Source: Candidatus Bathyarchaeia archaeon (GTDB lineage: Archaea > Thermoproteota > Bathyarchaeia > Bathyarchaeales > Bathycorpusculaceae). Taken from it: 64,000 nt of DNA. Position numbers and translations under genes: made by a program. Under the pieces are notes generated by a model. That model did no database searches. It was not told the DNA's origin and saw nothing but the letters and a program-made list of their open reading frames with translations. Below are positions 29,524 to 39,188 of the stretch, piece after piece. The stretch covers positions 96,001 to 160,000 of the forward strand of contig JBEKOM010000001.1 in the NCBI GenBank assembly GCA_049521795.1. The letters are read 5' to 3'. The stretch's first letter is position 1; every line of letters starts with the position of its first letter.

Positions 29524-29817
29524 TTGCCGTTCAAACGAAAGAGCCGTGGAAGGTCAAAGGGCGGTAAGGGCAGCAGCGGTGTCGTTCAATGTCAAAGTTG
29601 CGGGTCAATGGTGCCCCGTGACAAGGCTAAGAAAGTGACCAGGACACACTCTATCGTGGATTATCAACTGGCGAAGGAACTACGCCAGAAAGGCACGTAC
29701 ATTGAGATGCCATCCACGACCAAGTACTACTGCGTGTCGTGCGCAGTGCACCGTGGTGTCGTGAAGGTAAGGGCAGAGAACGAACGACGGATTCGCACGC
29801 GGCCGAGAAGATTCTAG
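29524..29817 (+). CDS. rps26e: 30S ribosomal protein S26e
   Basis: From TTG 29524: MPFKRKSRGRSKG...VQC..CG..VPRDKAKK...YCVSCAVH. Confidence 0.95.
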   Translation: MPFKRKSRGRSKGGKGSSGVVQCQSCGSMVPRDKAKKVTRTHSIVDYQLAKELRQKGTYIEMPSTTKYYCVSCAVHRGVVKVRAENERRIRTRPRRF

Positions 29818-29824
29818 TTTTCAC

Positions 29825-30430
29825 TCAAACTTTTTTCTTTGATTTGCCGTAAACGTAGAAGCTTCTCTGCAAGACCGTCAGGTTTGTGAGCACTGCAAGC
29901 AGTATGATTGCCGCGTTCATCACCATGGTAGGTTGCCAGAAGATCGCCACTAGACTTGCAACGGCAAGGATTAACACACGTTCCGCTCTTTCCGCAAGGC
30001 CGATCGATTCCATTTTGAATCCCGCAGCCTCGGCTCTGGCCCGACTGTAACTCACAAGCAATGAACCTATTATCGCCGCTAAACCCCAGTAGAAATCGCA
30101 CAGACCTGCGAAAATTATGCCGACATACACAGCAGCATCAGCGTATCTGTCAAGCAGAGAATCCAGAAAACCACCGAACACCGTTGCTTCTTCAAACAAC
30201 CGGGCGACCACGCCGTCCAAGGCGTCGCAGAACCCTGAAAGCAAAAGCAGAACGGTTGCAAGCAAGAGAAGAAGGGGGTTCGCCTGCCATCTTGCGTAGA
30301 CAAAAGCTGACAAGAAAGCTAGGAAAGCGCCGAGAACGGTTATCTCGTTGGGTGTGAGGCCGATTCTGTGGGCGATTCTTGCTTCAGTCGCCAGCATCGA
30401 TTGAATCTTCTGCTTCAGCCTCGTCAGCAT
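29825..30430 (-). CDS. CDP-alcohol phosphatidyltransferase (archaetidylinositol-phosphate synthase-like)
   Basis: TPNEIT, D.LDG..AR...GGFLDS.LDRYAD, SYSRARAE. Confidence 0.92.
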   Translation of the reverse strand: MLTRLKQKIQSMLATEARIAHRIGLTPNEITVLGAFLAFLSAFVYARWQANPLLLLLATVLLLLSGFCDALDGVVARLFEEATVFGGFLDSLLDRYADAAVYVGIIFAGLCDFYWGLAAIIGSLLVSYSRARAEAAGFKMESIGLAERAERVLILAVASLVAIFWQPTMVMNAAIILLAVLTNLTVLQRSFYVYGKSKKKV

Positions 30431-30501
30431 TGGCAGGTGTTTCTCCAGCGATTCTTATTTAAGCGTGGATATGTCATGTGTGCAGTTAAAAGGTGTTCGC
30501 C

Positions 30502-30795
30502 ATGATAAGCATCATGACAATAAAGGTTGACGGCAAGAGCTGCTTGGGCCTCCGCACAGATCTCCCTGACAGCCCACCGCTTCTTCTCATCACCGCCGAA
30601 AAAGGCTTCGTCATGTGCGGCTTCCTGAACGTCGAATCAGCTGAAAAACTAGGCGTAGCCGCCGCAGTCGTGAGCGGAGTGAAGACTTTTGATGACGTGC
30701 TCAACGGACAGGTCAAAGCAGTAACGTCTAAGGCCAAAAGCTTGGGCGTTGAAGTAGGCATGAAAGGAGCTGACGCCCTGAAACACCTGTTCTGA
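30502..30795 (+). CDS. YunC/DUF1805 family protein
   Basis: GFVMCGFLN, AAVVSGVKT...L...V..VT..A..LGV..GM.G..AL. Confidence 0.88.
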   Translation: MISIMTIKVDGKSCLGLRTDLPDSPPLLLITAEKGFVMCGFLNVESAEKLGVAAAVVSGVKTFDDVLNGQVKAVTSKAKSLGVEVGMKGADALKHLF

Positions 30796-30846
30796 GCAAT
30801 GTATCCGTCGATTCGTGGAACCGCGAGGATGCGGGATGGCCTCATC

Positions 30847-31455
30847 GTGTCAAATAAACATCTTTTAGACGCTGTTGCTGCAGAAGTCGTGGTCTGCGTC
30901 AAGTGCGACCTTTGGAAAAGCCGCAAAAAGGCTGTCCCAGGAGTTGGCAGTCCTGAAAGCCGAGTGCTGCTTATCGGAGAGGCTCCGGGTCAATCAGAAG
31001 ACTTGAAGGGCGAACCTTTCGTCGGTGCAGCAGGAAAGTTTTTGGACACTCTGCTCTCCGAAATCGGGTTTTCAAGAGCAGACGTTTTCATCACTAATGT
31101 TGTGAAGTGTAGGCCCCCGAGAAATCGTGACCCCAAACTGGATGAAATCGAAACGTGCACACCTTACTTGAACAGGCAGATAGGCATTATCCGACCAAGA
31201 TTCATCGTCACTCTTGGCAACCATTCAACCGCTTATGTTCTTTCAAAAGCAAGGTTACCCTTCCGCAGCATAACGCAGGCGCGGGGCAGGGTTTATGAAA
31301 CATCTGTTTTTGGCTTTAAGACTGCAGTCTTCCCTACCTTCCATCCTGCGGCTGCTCTATACAGCGGGCGGTACAAGAAACAGTTGGAGGAAGACTTCCG
31401 CCGGATAAAAGAGGAGCTTTTGAAAAGGGGACTTATCAGCGCTTCAATTTCTTAG
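30847..31455 (+). CDS. udg: Uracil-DNA glycosylase family 4
   Basis: C..C.L, GEAPG..ED..G.PFVG.AG, VKCRPP.NRDP, HPAA. Confidence 0.95.
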   Translation: MSNKHLLDAVAAEVVVCVKCDLWKSRKKAVPGVGSPESRVLLIGEAPGQSEDLKGEPFVGAAGKFLDTLLSEIGFSRADVFITNVVKCRPPRNRDPKLDEIETCTPYLNRQIGIIRPRFIVTLGNHSTAYVLSKARLPFRSITQARGRVYETSVFGFKTAVFPTFHPAAALYSGRYKKQLEEDFRRIKEELLKRGLISASIS

Positions 31456-31487
31456 CAGATTTTATGTTGTCAAGATCTGAAGGGTTC

Positions 31488-32261
31488 TTATGCGCTTACT
31501 TGTGGAGGCGGCGGACGTGCCGACCTGCCTAGTTTTCTGCGAAGAGCAATGTGATACAGTTTTCTCAGAGATTTCACCAGACGCTCGAGACCGCACAGGC
31601 TGGAGTATATGAGTGGGATACCATCATACTCCGCCAACCGTATTGAATACTCGTCCGGCTGAGTGCCGTGAAAAATGACAACACGCGGCTTCAAACTACT
31701 GACCCGCACGATGAGCATGGGAGAAATGCCATTTTCTATGTTTGTGAATATCAACGCCCGCTCGGTTGTGACGCCGAAGAGTTGCGAGAACTCGAGCCCC
31801 GAAAGCGTTTCAACAGCTCTCTGGCTGTCCACAACAGTGTAACCGTTGATCTCTCTAACGTATCTGTCCATGCACGCCACGACTTTGCCCTCGATGGCTT
31901 TGCACAGATGTTCCACGCGCACGGGCAGTGGGAATTCACGAAGGTCTATTATGGCGTTACTCGGCGAACTCGTGAGTTTGGCAAACTCGTGCGTGAAACG
32001 ACTTCCACGTTCTGCATCGATTTTCAGCAAGGCCCAAACGAATCTTCTCACAAACCTTGCACCGGGGCTCGGTCGCCTGCCACTTTCGTAGTCGCTGATC
32101 ACTGATGATGAAACCACCATCTTGTCTGAAAGTCTCATCTGGGAAATAGCGAAAAGTTCACGCCACTTCCGCATAGTAGCCCCAGGCTTGCTTGAGAGAA
32201 TTATCTCGCCAGCGATTCTTCGGGCCAGAACCGACTCGCGAGCGCTCGGAGACGCTGACAT
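31488..32261 (-). CDS. XRE-HTH transcriptional regulator, conserved archaeal type
   Basis: RIAGEIILS..PG..MRKWRE.F, SVISDYESGRR.SPG. Confidence 0.85.
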   Translation of the reverse strand: MSASPSARESVLARRIAGEIILSSKPGATMRKWRELFAISQMRLSDKMVVSSSVISDYESGRRPSPGARFVRRFVWALLKIDAERGSRFTHEFAKLTSSPSNAIIDLREFPLPVRVEHLCKAIEGKVVACMDRYVREINGYTVVDSQRAVETLSGLEFSQLFGVTTERALIFTNIENGISPMLIVRVSSLKPRVVIFHGTQPDEYSIRLAEYDGIPLIYSSLCGLERLVKSLRKLYHIALRRKLGRSARPPPPQVSA

Positions 32262-32349
32262 TCAATCTCTACCTTGTAGATCCGCCAAGTTCCCCCTTAG
32301 AACGGCACGCACTATAAAAAGCTATACGCGGTTTGAAAAAAGGACGATT

Positions 32350-33243
32350 TTATGCTAGAAAGACCAGGAAAATTCCAACCACGACCATTATCGATCCAAA
32401 AGCAGTTCGGGGAGTGACTTTTTCACGCAACAAGAAAACACTTGCTAGCGTCGAAAAGAGAGGGGTCGTTGAAGATATTGGAACAGCCCGAGATTGCGCA
32501 ATCTCCACGAAACTGTACGCCAGAAAGAACCATCCGAGACCCAGTGCGACGACTCCCCCAGCAACCAAAGCCATCACGGTTTTCTTCGGCACTTTCAGAA
32601 AGCCCAGTTTGCGGTCGAGCAGAGGAGAAGCCGCGAACAAAAACGCCGCAATCGCGATCACTCTCATCGTGTTGATGGCCAAAGCGTGATCCAGGTCCGG
32701 CGTTTCTCTCACTGCGATATCCATCATTGCGATACTGATAGACCACACTATGGCAGTCAGAAGGGCGAAGATCATGCCAATAACCAACGATTTCCTGTTT
32801 GTATCAACTTCACTTGTAAGAGTGCCTTGGCCAAGAAACCATATCCCGCCAACTATGACAACGGCCCCGAGCACAATCGCCCAAGTGATCGGCTCACCTA
32901 CGAAGAAAACAGCCCACACGAGACTAAACAACGGATAAGTGCAGGTTATCGGAACTGCTCGTGCAACGCCTATGCGGCTCAGACTCACCATGTACAAGGT
33001 GTCACCTAGACCCAGACCGATTATGCCGCTGACGGCTGAGATAACAACGACTCCTGAAGGCAAACCAGTCAAGAATGTAAGCTTGCCTAAAATAACGAGG
33101 AACAAGAGCAAGATCGAACCTGTCAACGTGAGGCGAATGATGTTTGCAGAGATCGGCCTAGCCTGTTGCAGCGCTTTTCCATAGAGTAATGCTGACACTG
33201 TCCAACTGATAGCAGCGCCCAACGCCGCAAGCTCACCGATCAT
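32350..33243 (-). CDS. EamA/DMT family transporter
   Basis: From ATG 33243: two repeats of hydrophobic helices, YPLFS...GEP and TPLFS...LREK. Confidence 0.9.
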   Translation of the reverse strand: MIGELAALGAAISWTVSALLYGKALQQARPISANIIRLTLTGSILLLFLVILGKLTFLTGLPSGVVVISAVSGIIGLGLGDTLYMVSLSRIGVARAVPITCTYPLFSLVWAVFFVGEPITWAIVLGAVVIVGGIWFLGQGTLTSEVDTNRKSLVIGMIFALLTAIVWSISIAMMDIAVRETPDLDHALAINTMRVIAIAAFLFAASPLLDRKLGFLKVPKKTVMALVAGGVVALGLGWFFLAYSFVEIAQSRAVPISSTTPLFSTLASVFLLREKVTPRTAFGSIMVVVGIFLVFLA

Positions 33244-33443
33244 TTCTTTTCGCCTTCGGTTGAGATTCTGCTTGAAACTATTAAGTGTGCAGAGGCAAAA
33301 ATATGAACTGCATGGTGCGCGAAAATGCAAACAGATGCTAAATGGAGCCCTGAAGTCTCTGTAGTCGCTAATCAAACAGTCTTCAGAGGGGGAAATAGAA
33401 TCTATCGGAGTGTTCCAAAACAGTTCTGGGTAGAGCTTGTTTC

Positions 33444-33887
33444 TCATGTCAGGTTACTGCTGGAATAATACAGGAAAGGCAGTGCGAGAAGAACTGTATT
33501 GCGGCCTCTTGTCGTGAGCGAGTACCCTACTCTCAGAGGAGGACCCTCGTTCACTGACCTCCTGATGTATCCGTTCTGGTTGAGCGTCTTGAGTTTGTCC
33601 GATAAGGTGCGAGAGTTGGCCCTGAGAATCTTCTTCAGTTCGCCGAACCCCGTTTCTTCTCTAAGAAACAGTATGTAGAGGATCTGGAGGTTCCATTTCT
33701 GAGACAGAAGGTCGAAGCTCTCCTCAAGTCCTTTTATCGTTTCCCTCAATTCTTCCAGGCCGAGCTTCTGAGCTCCGAATATCTGTTGCAGCGTTTGCTC
33801 TATTCCCTCTAGATTGCTCTTCATGCGGGATTCAACGAGTTTCCGGAGCTCAGTGCTCAACAATGGCTGAGGTTTCATGCATGCCAC
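33444..33887 (-). CDS. HxlR-family winged-helix regulator
   Basis: LLSQKWNLQIL...FGELK...SRTLSDKLK.L...G.I.R....PP.RV.YSLT.RG. Confidence 0.88.
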   Translation of the reverse strand: MACMKPQPLLSTELRKLVESRMKSNLEGIEQTLQQIFGAQKLGLEELRETIKGLEESFDLLSQKWNLQILYILFLREETGFGELKKILRANSRTLSDKLKTLNQNGYIRRSVNEGPPLRVGYSLTTRGRNTVLLALPFLYYSSSNLT

Positions 33888-33924
33888 TAGGTGTGCGGTT
33901 TCTTACTCTATGTTTTATAAGGTT

Positions 33925-33939
33925 TAACTTTTAAAGTTA
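33925..33939. promoter_or_regulatory. Palindromic operator candidate TAACTTT-T-AAAGTTA
   Basis: Perfect 7-1-7 inverted repeat in the divergent promoter region between the HxlR-family and HD genes. Confidence 0.55.
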
Positions 33940-33973
33940 GTGTAGAAAGCACACCACAAATCGCCGTGATAAT

Positions 33974-34585
33974 ATGCGACCATTGATAGATTGCTTGACG
34001 ACCACCGTTAAAGAGAAGATGGCCCTGCTGGAAGGGACCGTTCACTCCTACTCCCACGTTGATCGCGTCTTCAGAATCGCAACCTACTTAGCCAAGAGAG
34101 AGAAAGCAGATGTCGAATTGGTACAGATAGGAGCCATCTTACACGACATAGGGCGAACGGTTGGTGAACCGCACAACGAAACGGGAGCAAGACTCGCAAG
34201 CGAGATTCTAAGCGGAACAGACTACCCTCACGAGAAGAGTGACAGAGTCGCGAGCATAGTGTTACATCACGCGCTTCCTCTCAGAGACAAACTGGAAACA
34301 CTGGAGGAGAAAATTGTCTGGGACGCCGACAAAATCGACCTGTTAGGAGCGGCGGGCGTTGCCAGAGTATTCCACTGGCTAGGCAAGAGACCGTTTGAAA
34401 ACGTTGTGAAAGACTGTTTTGAAGAATTGAAGCCCATCTACAGTCTACTAAACACCCCCACGTCAAAGAGAATTGCAAAGAAAAGACACGCGAGAACCAT
34501 GGCTTTCCTGTCAGCTCTGGAGGAAGAGCTTTCGCTGAAGGATTTAGACATGAGCCAAGAACAACAGTCGGGCAAGTGCAGATAG
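33974..34585 (+). CDS. HD-domain phosphohydrolase
   Basis: H...HV.RV, LHDIGR, DADKID..GA.GVAR. Confidence 0.9.
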   Translation: MRPLIDCLTTTVKEKMALLEGTVHSYSHVDRVFRIATYLAKREKADVELVQIGAILHDIGRTVGEPHNETGARLASEILSGTDYPHEKSDRVASIVLHHALPLRDKLETLEEKIVWDADKIDLLGAAGVARVFHWLGKRPFENVVKDCFEELKPIYSLLNTPTSKRIAKKRHARTMAFLSALEEELSLKDLDMSQEQQSGKCR

Positions 34586-34626
34586 CAAAAGAGTTTTTAG
34601 TCTTATCACCAAGTAGAGAGAGGCGT

Positions 34627-35400
34627 TTGAGTTTGTCTTTCCGCGTCGAGATGGAGAAGAAGGCAAGAGAAAAGGAATCTAACATCGTTTTGGCTTTTGA
34701 CTTTCCGTTTGAAAACCCAAAAAACCGAGTGGCCCTCTTTCTCAAAGCGGAACACGTGTTGGACACTGTGCATCCCTACATTAGCGCTGTCAAATTCAAC
34801 CATCATCTGGTCCTTCCTCTGGGCACGTTTGACGGTGTTGAAAGACTTGTCAGAAAGGCTCACGATGTCGGATTGATGACAATAATGGACTGCAAGGCGA
34901 ATGACATCGGCGCCACGAACCAGGTTATCGCTGAGTACTACTATGCCGCGGGCTTCGACGCCATAATAGCCAACCCATTCATAGGATGGGAAGAAGGGTT
35001 GAAACCCATTTTCGATGTTGCGCGCCGACTGGACCGCGGGGTGATCCTCCTCGTCTACATGAGCCACAAAGCCGCAGGTGAAGGTTACGGGCAAACAATC
35101 ATCGAACCTGAAAGCGGCGCGAAAACGTTTCAGTACGTATCCTTCGCAAAAAAAGCTCTGAAATACGACGCAGACGGCGCGGTTGTGGGCGCAACCTACC
35201 CTGAGAAGATAAAAGAAGTGCACGAAATTCTCAGAGAAAAGGTTCCAATATACTCACCTGGAATCGGAGCTCAAGGTGCAACGGTTCAACCGGCCATCGA
35301 GGCTGGCGCGCGCTATCTGATCGTTGGAAGAGAGATAACACTCGCGGAAAACCCTGCGGAAACAGCAAAGAAAGTCAGAGACCTAGGAAAACCCAGCTAA
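34627..35400 (+). CDS. pyrF: Orotidine-5'-phosphate decarboxylase
   Basis: LAFD, DCKANDIG.TN, GAVVGATYP, SPGIGAQG, IVGREI. Confidence 0.93.
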   Translation: MSLSFRVEMEKKAREKESNIVLAFDFPFENPKNRVALFLKAEHVLDTVHPYISAVKFNHHLVLPLGTFDGVERLVRKAHDVGLMTIMDCKANDIGATNQVIAEYYYAAGFDAIIANPFIGWEEGLKPIFDVARRLDRGVILLVYMSHKAAGEGYGQTIIEPESGAKTFQYVSFAKKALKYDADGAVVGATYPEKIKEVHEILREKVPIYSPGIGAQGATVQPAIEAGARYLIVGREITLAENPAETAKKVRDLGKPS

Positions 35401-35450
35401 TGACGCCTTAATAGGTAGAGCCTACACGAAGCCATTTTGATGCAGAAAAC

Positions 35451-36128
35451 CTATCTTCGCTGCTTCTGGGCCAGTATGATGTTTCCTCTGACCCAGTTTC
35501 CGTGGTAATAACTTGTGAAAAAGTCTTTTTCGAAACTGACAATTTGGAAGCTTCTGAGAAGACTCAGTAGCTCTCTGCGGGTGAAGTGATGGCCAAAATG
35601 CAGAACCCTACCAGTGCCGTCTCTAACTGTGACTGTGCCCAATTCACCGGTGACCTTCAAGTCCTCTTTGTATCGCTTTCTGTAAACCGGATTCTCCCAA
35701 GTCCTACCGAATTCCTCGATGAAGACGTAGCCCATCTGTCTTAGGACTCTTTCAACTTCGTTCACTATTCTCGGCCTTTCGGCTTTCGGAACCATAGTGA
35801 GGACTCCTAGCATCGTGACCGCGTCAAATGAGGAGTCTGGGAAACACAGGTTTTTAGCGTCGTTGACGACAAAGTCTATTCCAGTGTGAATCCTCCGCGA
35901 TTTTGCTTCCTGTGAAGCTAATCCGATTTGTTCTTTGTCTAGGTCGATGCCTGTGACGCAAAGACCGTTCTCATGTAAGAAGAAGCAGGCTCTGCCATAG
36001 CCACAGCCGAGTTCTAAGACAGTTTTTGCCGACTTGCCTCTGAGAAAACTGATGAATCTTGTGGGCAGAGGAATTGTGTATTGAAGTTTCCTTCCGCTGC
36101 AAAGCTTCATCTTCCGCGTCTTTCCCAA
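35451..36128 (-). CDS. Class I SAM-dependent methyltransferase
   Basis: VLELGCGYGR, GIDLD, FPDSSFDAV; start uncertain. Confidence 0.85.
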   Translation of the reverse strand: MGKTRKMKLCSGRKLQYTIPLPTRFISFLRGKSAKTVLELGCGYGRACFFLHENGLCVTGIDLDKEQIGLASQEAKSRRIHTGIDFVVNDAKNLCFPDSSFDAVTMLGVLTMVPKAERPRIVNEVERVLRQMGYVFIEEFGRTWENPVYRKRYKEDLKVTGELGTVTVRDGTGRVLHFGHHFTRRELLSLLRSFQIVSFEKDFFTSYYHGNWVRGNIILAQKQRR

Positions 36129-36393
36129 AGCTCTTTCTTCAGCAGATCCCTCACAGAAGACCGTATAGCTGAACTTCTGCTCGGATACATGTTAGCTCTC
36201 ACAAGCTCATCTAAACCTTCCAAATAAGCTTCGGGCAATAATACGGTTACAAGTTTCACGCAACTTCCCCCAGACATGTTAAGCATATAACATGCAGCGA
36301 ATATAAAATTTCACAAAGTCAAACGGCGTTTTTGACACTTGCGAGCTCTCTGTCGCGCGCGCGGTCCTTGTGTGGCCGCGGACAAAAAAAACA

Positions 36394-36684
36394 CTAGGTT
36401 TCAGGTGTGGGTGGCGCTGGGGCAGAGACCTCTTTCTTTTCTTCTTCCTGCGAATACCGTGTAACAAGTATGTACAGCATGGAACCCCCAGACGCAATAG
36501 AGACAACTGACAATATGAAAGCGTTTCGCGTGCGGTCTGGGTCGAAGTTTTCAACGTGTGTATCAGTCATGGAGAGGTTGATGCGCCACACCTCGCCGTA
36601 GATTATCAGCCAGACTAGGCTCCCCACGAAGATCACGAGAAGAATGATTATTAGAACGTCAAAGTTCATTTTCATTGTTTTCAT
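36394..36684 (-). CDS. Hypothetical two-TM protein
   Basis: Two hydrophobic segments; acidic/Pro-rich tail. Confidence 0.55.
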   Translation of the reverse strand: MKTMKMNFDVLIIILLVIFVGSLVWLIIYGEVWRINLSMTDTHVENFDPDRTRNAFILSVVSIASGGSMLYILVTRYSQEEEKKEVSAPAPPTPET

Positions 36685-36767
36685 AATACCGTGGCTTCAA
36701 AGAACTATTATGTCTTTCTGCCCGCGCCCTAGCTTATCTCTGAATTCGCAAAAAAAGAATTTTCAAA

Positions 36768-36814
36768 GCATATACATTTTGCATATACACTTTGCATGTA
36801 CACTGTATATACAC
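36768..36814. repeat. Short tandem repeat, about 4 copies of GYATRTACAY
   Basis: GCATATACATTTT-GCATATACACTTT-GCATGTACACT-GTATATACAC. Confidence 0.6.
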
Positions 36815-37123
36815 GGTTTGAGAGCATTGTTGAAGACGGTGAGGCTGTTCAGGTCGGATGCGGAGCTATGTGGCTGTTCAGGTGCGGACGCATAATAAAG
36901 CGGGCATGGCAGCGCGCCGGTCTCAATTCATAAGAGAGCTAGCTGGGAATTGTCAAGGCGTCATGCTGCGCAAATCATAAAGCCGCAAAACAGTTAACAG
37001 TTTGAGAGGCTAGGCCTTGCTGATCTTTGACCCGAAGAGGCTCGTTGCGAATGCGATCGCAGGAGTGAGAAAAATCATAGGAGTTGCACAGCATTCCTAC
37101 ACGAGTAAACGCCTAGTGAGAAG

Positions 37124-38054
37124 ATGATTGGATCAAACGTTCCAGCTCACCCCGGTAGAGGTGGCCTGTCAACACTATTTTGCATATGCGGAAAGGTGGG
37201 GTTGCGAGTGTGCGCAGACCTACATCACTCTGTCTCGCACGTGGAAAACTAGGGAATTATCGCCCGAAGAAACTCTTGGTTTTAGAACAGCCTGGCAGGC
37301 AAGCAGCGTCAAGCAGGTCATCGCCCACGTTCCCCTCATAGTAAATCCGGCAGCGCCAACTGATGCAATCTGGCAGAACTCAAAGACCAGGCTGGCTACT
37401 GAATTGTCAATTGCTGATCAGCTTGGAATTCAGCTCTTAGTGATGCACCCTGGATATAGCGGCAGACTTGGCAAGAAGGCTGGGATCGGTCGAACGGTCG
37501 ATGCGTTAAACGACGTTCTCAACGGTGCCGAGGCTTCACACGCCATGATTCTTCTGGAGACCATGGCTGGTCAGGGCACAGCCATTGGTTCACGCTTTGA
37601 GGAACTGGCAGAAATCATAAAAGGGGTGGAAAAGAGCCATCTGCTGGGCGTATGCTTTGACACGTGCCATGTTTTCGCCGCGGGATACGACATTCGAGGC
37701 TATCAGGGATACGAGAACGTTTTGAAGGAATTTGACGCCAAGGTTGGAAATGACAAGCTCAAGATGCTGCACGTGAACGATTCGAAGGGAGACTTAGGAT
37801 GCAGAATCGACCGACACATGGCAATAGGCGAAGGAAAACTAGGATTACAAGTCTTCCACGCCATCGTTAGAGATAAAAGGTTTGAGGACACTCCGAAAGT
37901 CCTCGAATTGCCAACTAGAGATGAAGAAAAGATCCAGCAACAACTCAGACTTCTCCGAAAGCTCCAGGAGACAACGGAACATGTTTCCGAACCGAAAGAG
38001 GTCAAGATTCAGTCAAGACTGGATGAGTCGTTTCCACACGATGCCGCAGACTGA
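37124..38054 (+). CDS. nfo: Endonuclease IV (AP endonuclease family 2) with an apparent +1 frameshift near 37178-37181
   Basis: HPG, LLETMAGQG, CFDTCH.FAAGYD, HVNDSK...DRH..IG.G; the N-terminus MIGSNVPAHPGRGGLSTLF is in another frame. Confidence 0.88.
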
Positions 38055-38120
38055 GTTAGGACGTTGGAGACCCTTCCGAAATCTATAAAGCCCCTTGAGC
38101 CTCTTCAGTGGTGACTGACC

Positions 38121-38447
38121 ATGTTTCGCGTAAGAGTGCAGAAGATCGAATCCATCCATGACCCGGACGGTAACCTTGGAAAACGAATAGAGCTGATCGA
38201 AGATCGCCAAGTTCCCCACTTTACAGTGAGGCCTCAGACAGAAGAAGCCAAGGTTGTTCAAGATGTGCTTCAAGCCCTGCAGCAGCAAATGCCGATGTTC
38301 CCCGGAAGAGTGGATCTCGCAATTCCAAAAATAATCCTGTTTCTAACAGAACAAGAATACGAAACATTAGGCATAGACTTTGACGTTAACCAGATATACG
38401 ACATAAACCTTGAAAATCAAAGTCTGAAATTCACGAAAACTGCATGA
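38121..38447 (+). CDS. Arcadin-1-like protein
   Basis: RV.KIESI.DPDGNLGKRIELIED...PKIILFLTE.EYE.LG..F.VNQIY resembles arcadin-1 family proteins as recalled; not verified. Confidence 0.6.
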   Translation: MFRVRVQKIESIHDPDGNLGKRIELIEDRQVPHFTVRPQTEEAKVVQDVLQALQQQMPMFPGRVDLAIPKIILFLTEQEYETLGIDFDVNQIYDINLENQSLKFTKTA

Positions 38448-38766
38448 TTTCTTTCCTTCTCTGTCTCAAAGCTGAATGCTTCGGATGGAATGACAAGACA
38501 AACATCATGTTCCTCAGTCGCATGCAGATGTCTTCGATGCTTGACTGCTCCTCGCCTACGCAATAGATAGGAATAGGCTCTTCTTCACCGTTCTTGTAGT
38601 AAACGTAAATCGGATCAAACTTCTTCGTGAAGGTCTTGATTTCGAAACTCAGCTTCAAATGTTTAGCCATCTTTTCCGTGGCAACACTCACGGGTTTGAA
38701 GCGTTTTTCGCGCGATGCAAAACTCGAGGCGTAAACGAACAATTTTCCGTTACAGTTCTGAAGCAT
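38431..38766 (-). CDS. Hypothetical protein
   Basis: Clean 111-aa ORF with ATG start and GGTGA RBS-like sequence. Confidence 0.65.
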   Translation of the reverse strand: MLQNCNGKLFVYASSFASREKRFKPVSVATEKMAKHLKLSFEIKTFTKKFDPIYVYYKNGEEEPIPIYCVGEEQSSIEDICMRLRNMMFVLSFHPKHSALRQRRKEIMQFS

Positions 38767-38879
38767 GCATGCTCACCTAGATCACGGTCGAACGGACATC
38801 TTTTAAGACAAGTGCTGAAACAACACGTCTACTAGGCAGAGAGATGAGTTTAAGTGAAGAGCTTCCGCAGGGAGAAGCG

Positions 38880-39155
38880 ATGAAAATCAGGGCGCACATG
38901 TTCGCGCGAGGCAGAGTGCAAGGCGTGTTCTACAGGTCAGAAGCAATGTATGAGGCGAGAAGGCATCATGTGAACGGATGGATCCGCAACCTACCGGATG
39001 ACAGGGTTGAGGCTGTCTTTGAAGGTGAAGAACAAGACGTGAAGCAACTCGTAGAGTTCTGCAAGCGAGGCCCTCCCTCTGCAAGAGTCGAGGCCACAGA
39101 AGTTGCTTGGGAGCCTTACACAGGTGAGTTCAAGGATTTTGAAATAAGATATTAG
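38880..39155 (+). CDS. acyP: Acylphosphatase
   Basis: GRVQGVFYR, GWIRNL.D.RVEAVFEG, GPP.A.V. Confidence 0.95.
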   Translation: MKIRAHMFARGRVQGVFYRSEAMYEARRHHVNGWIRNLPDDRVEAVFEGEEQDVKQLVEFCKRGPPSARVEATEVAWEPYTGEFKDFEIRY

Positions 39156-39188
39156 CAGACGCTTTTACATGCTGCGGAAAGAGTGTGT

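Noticed and set aside
36100-36190. Possible frameshifted N-terminus of the 35451 methyltransferase (…KKELWERRG in another frame)
   Set aside because: No recognisable motif to decide between frames, and in-frame TTG/ATG starts exist.
36768-36890. Repeats as a mini-CRISPR array
   Set aside because: Units are too short, lack unique 30-40 nt spacers, and no cas genes are present.
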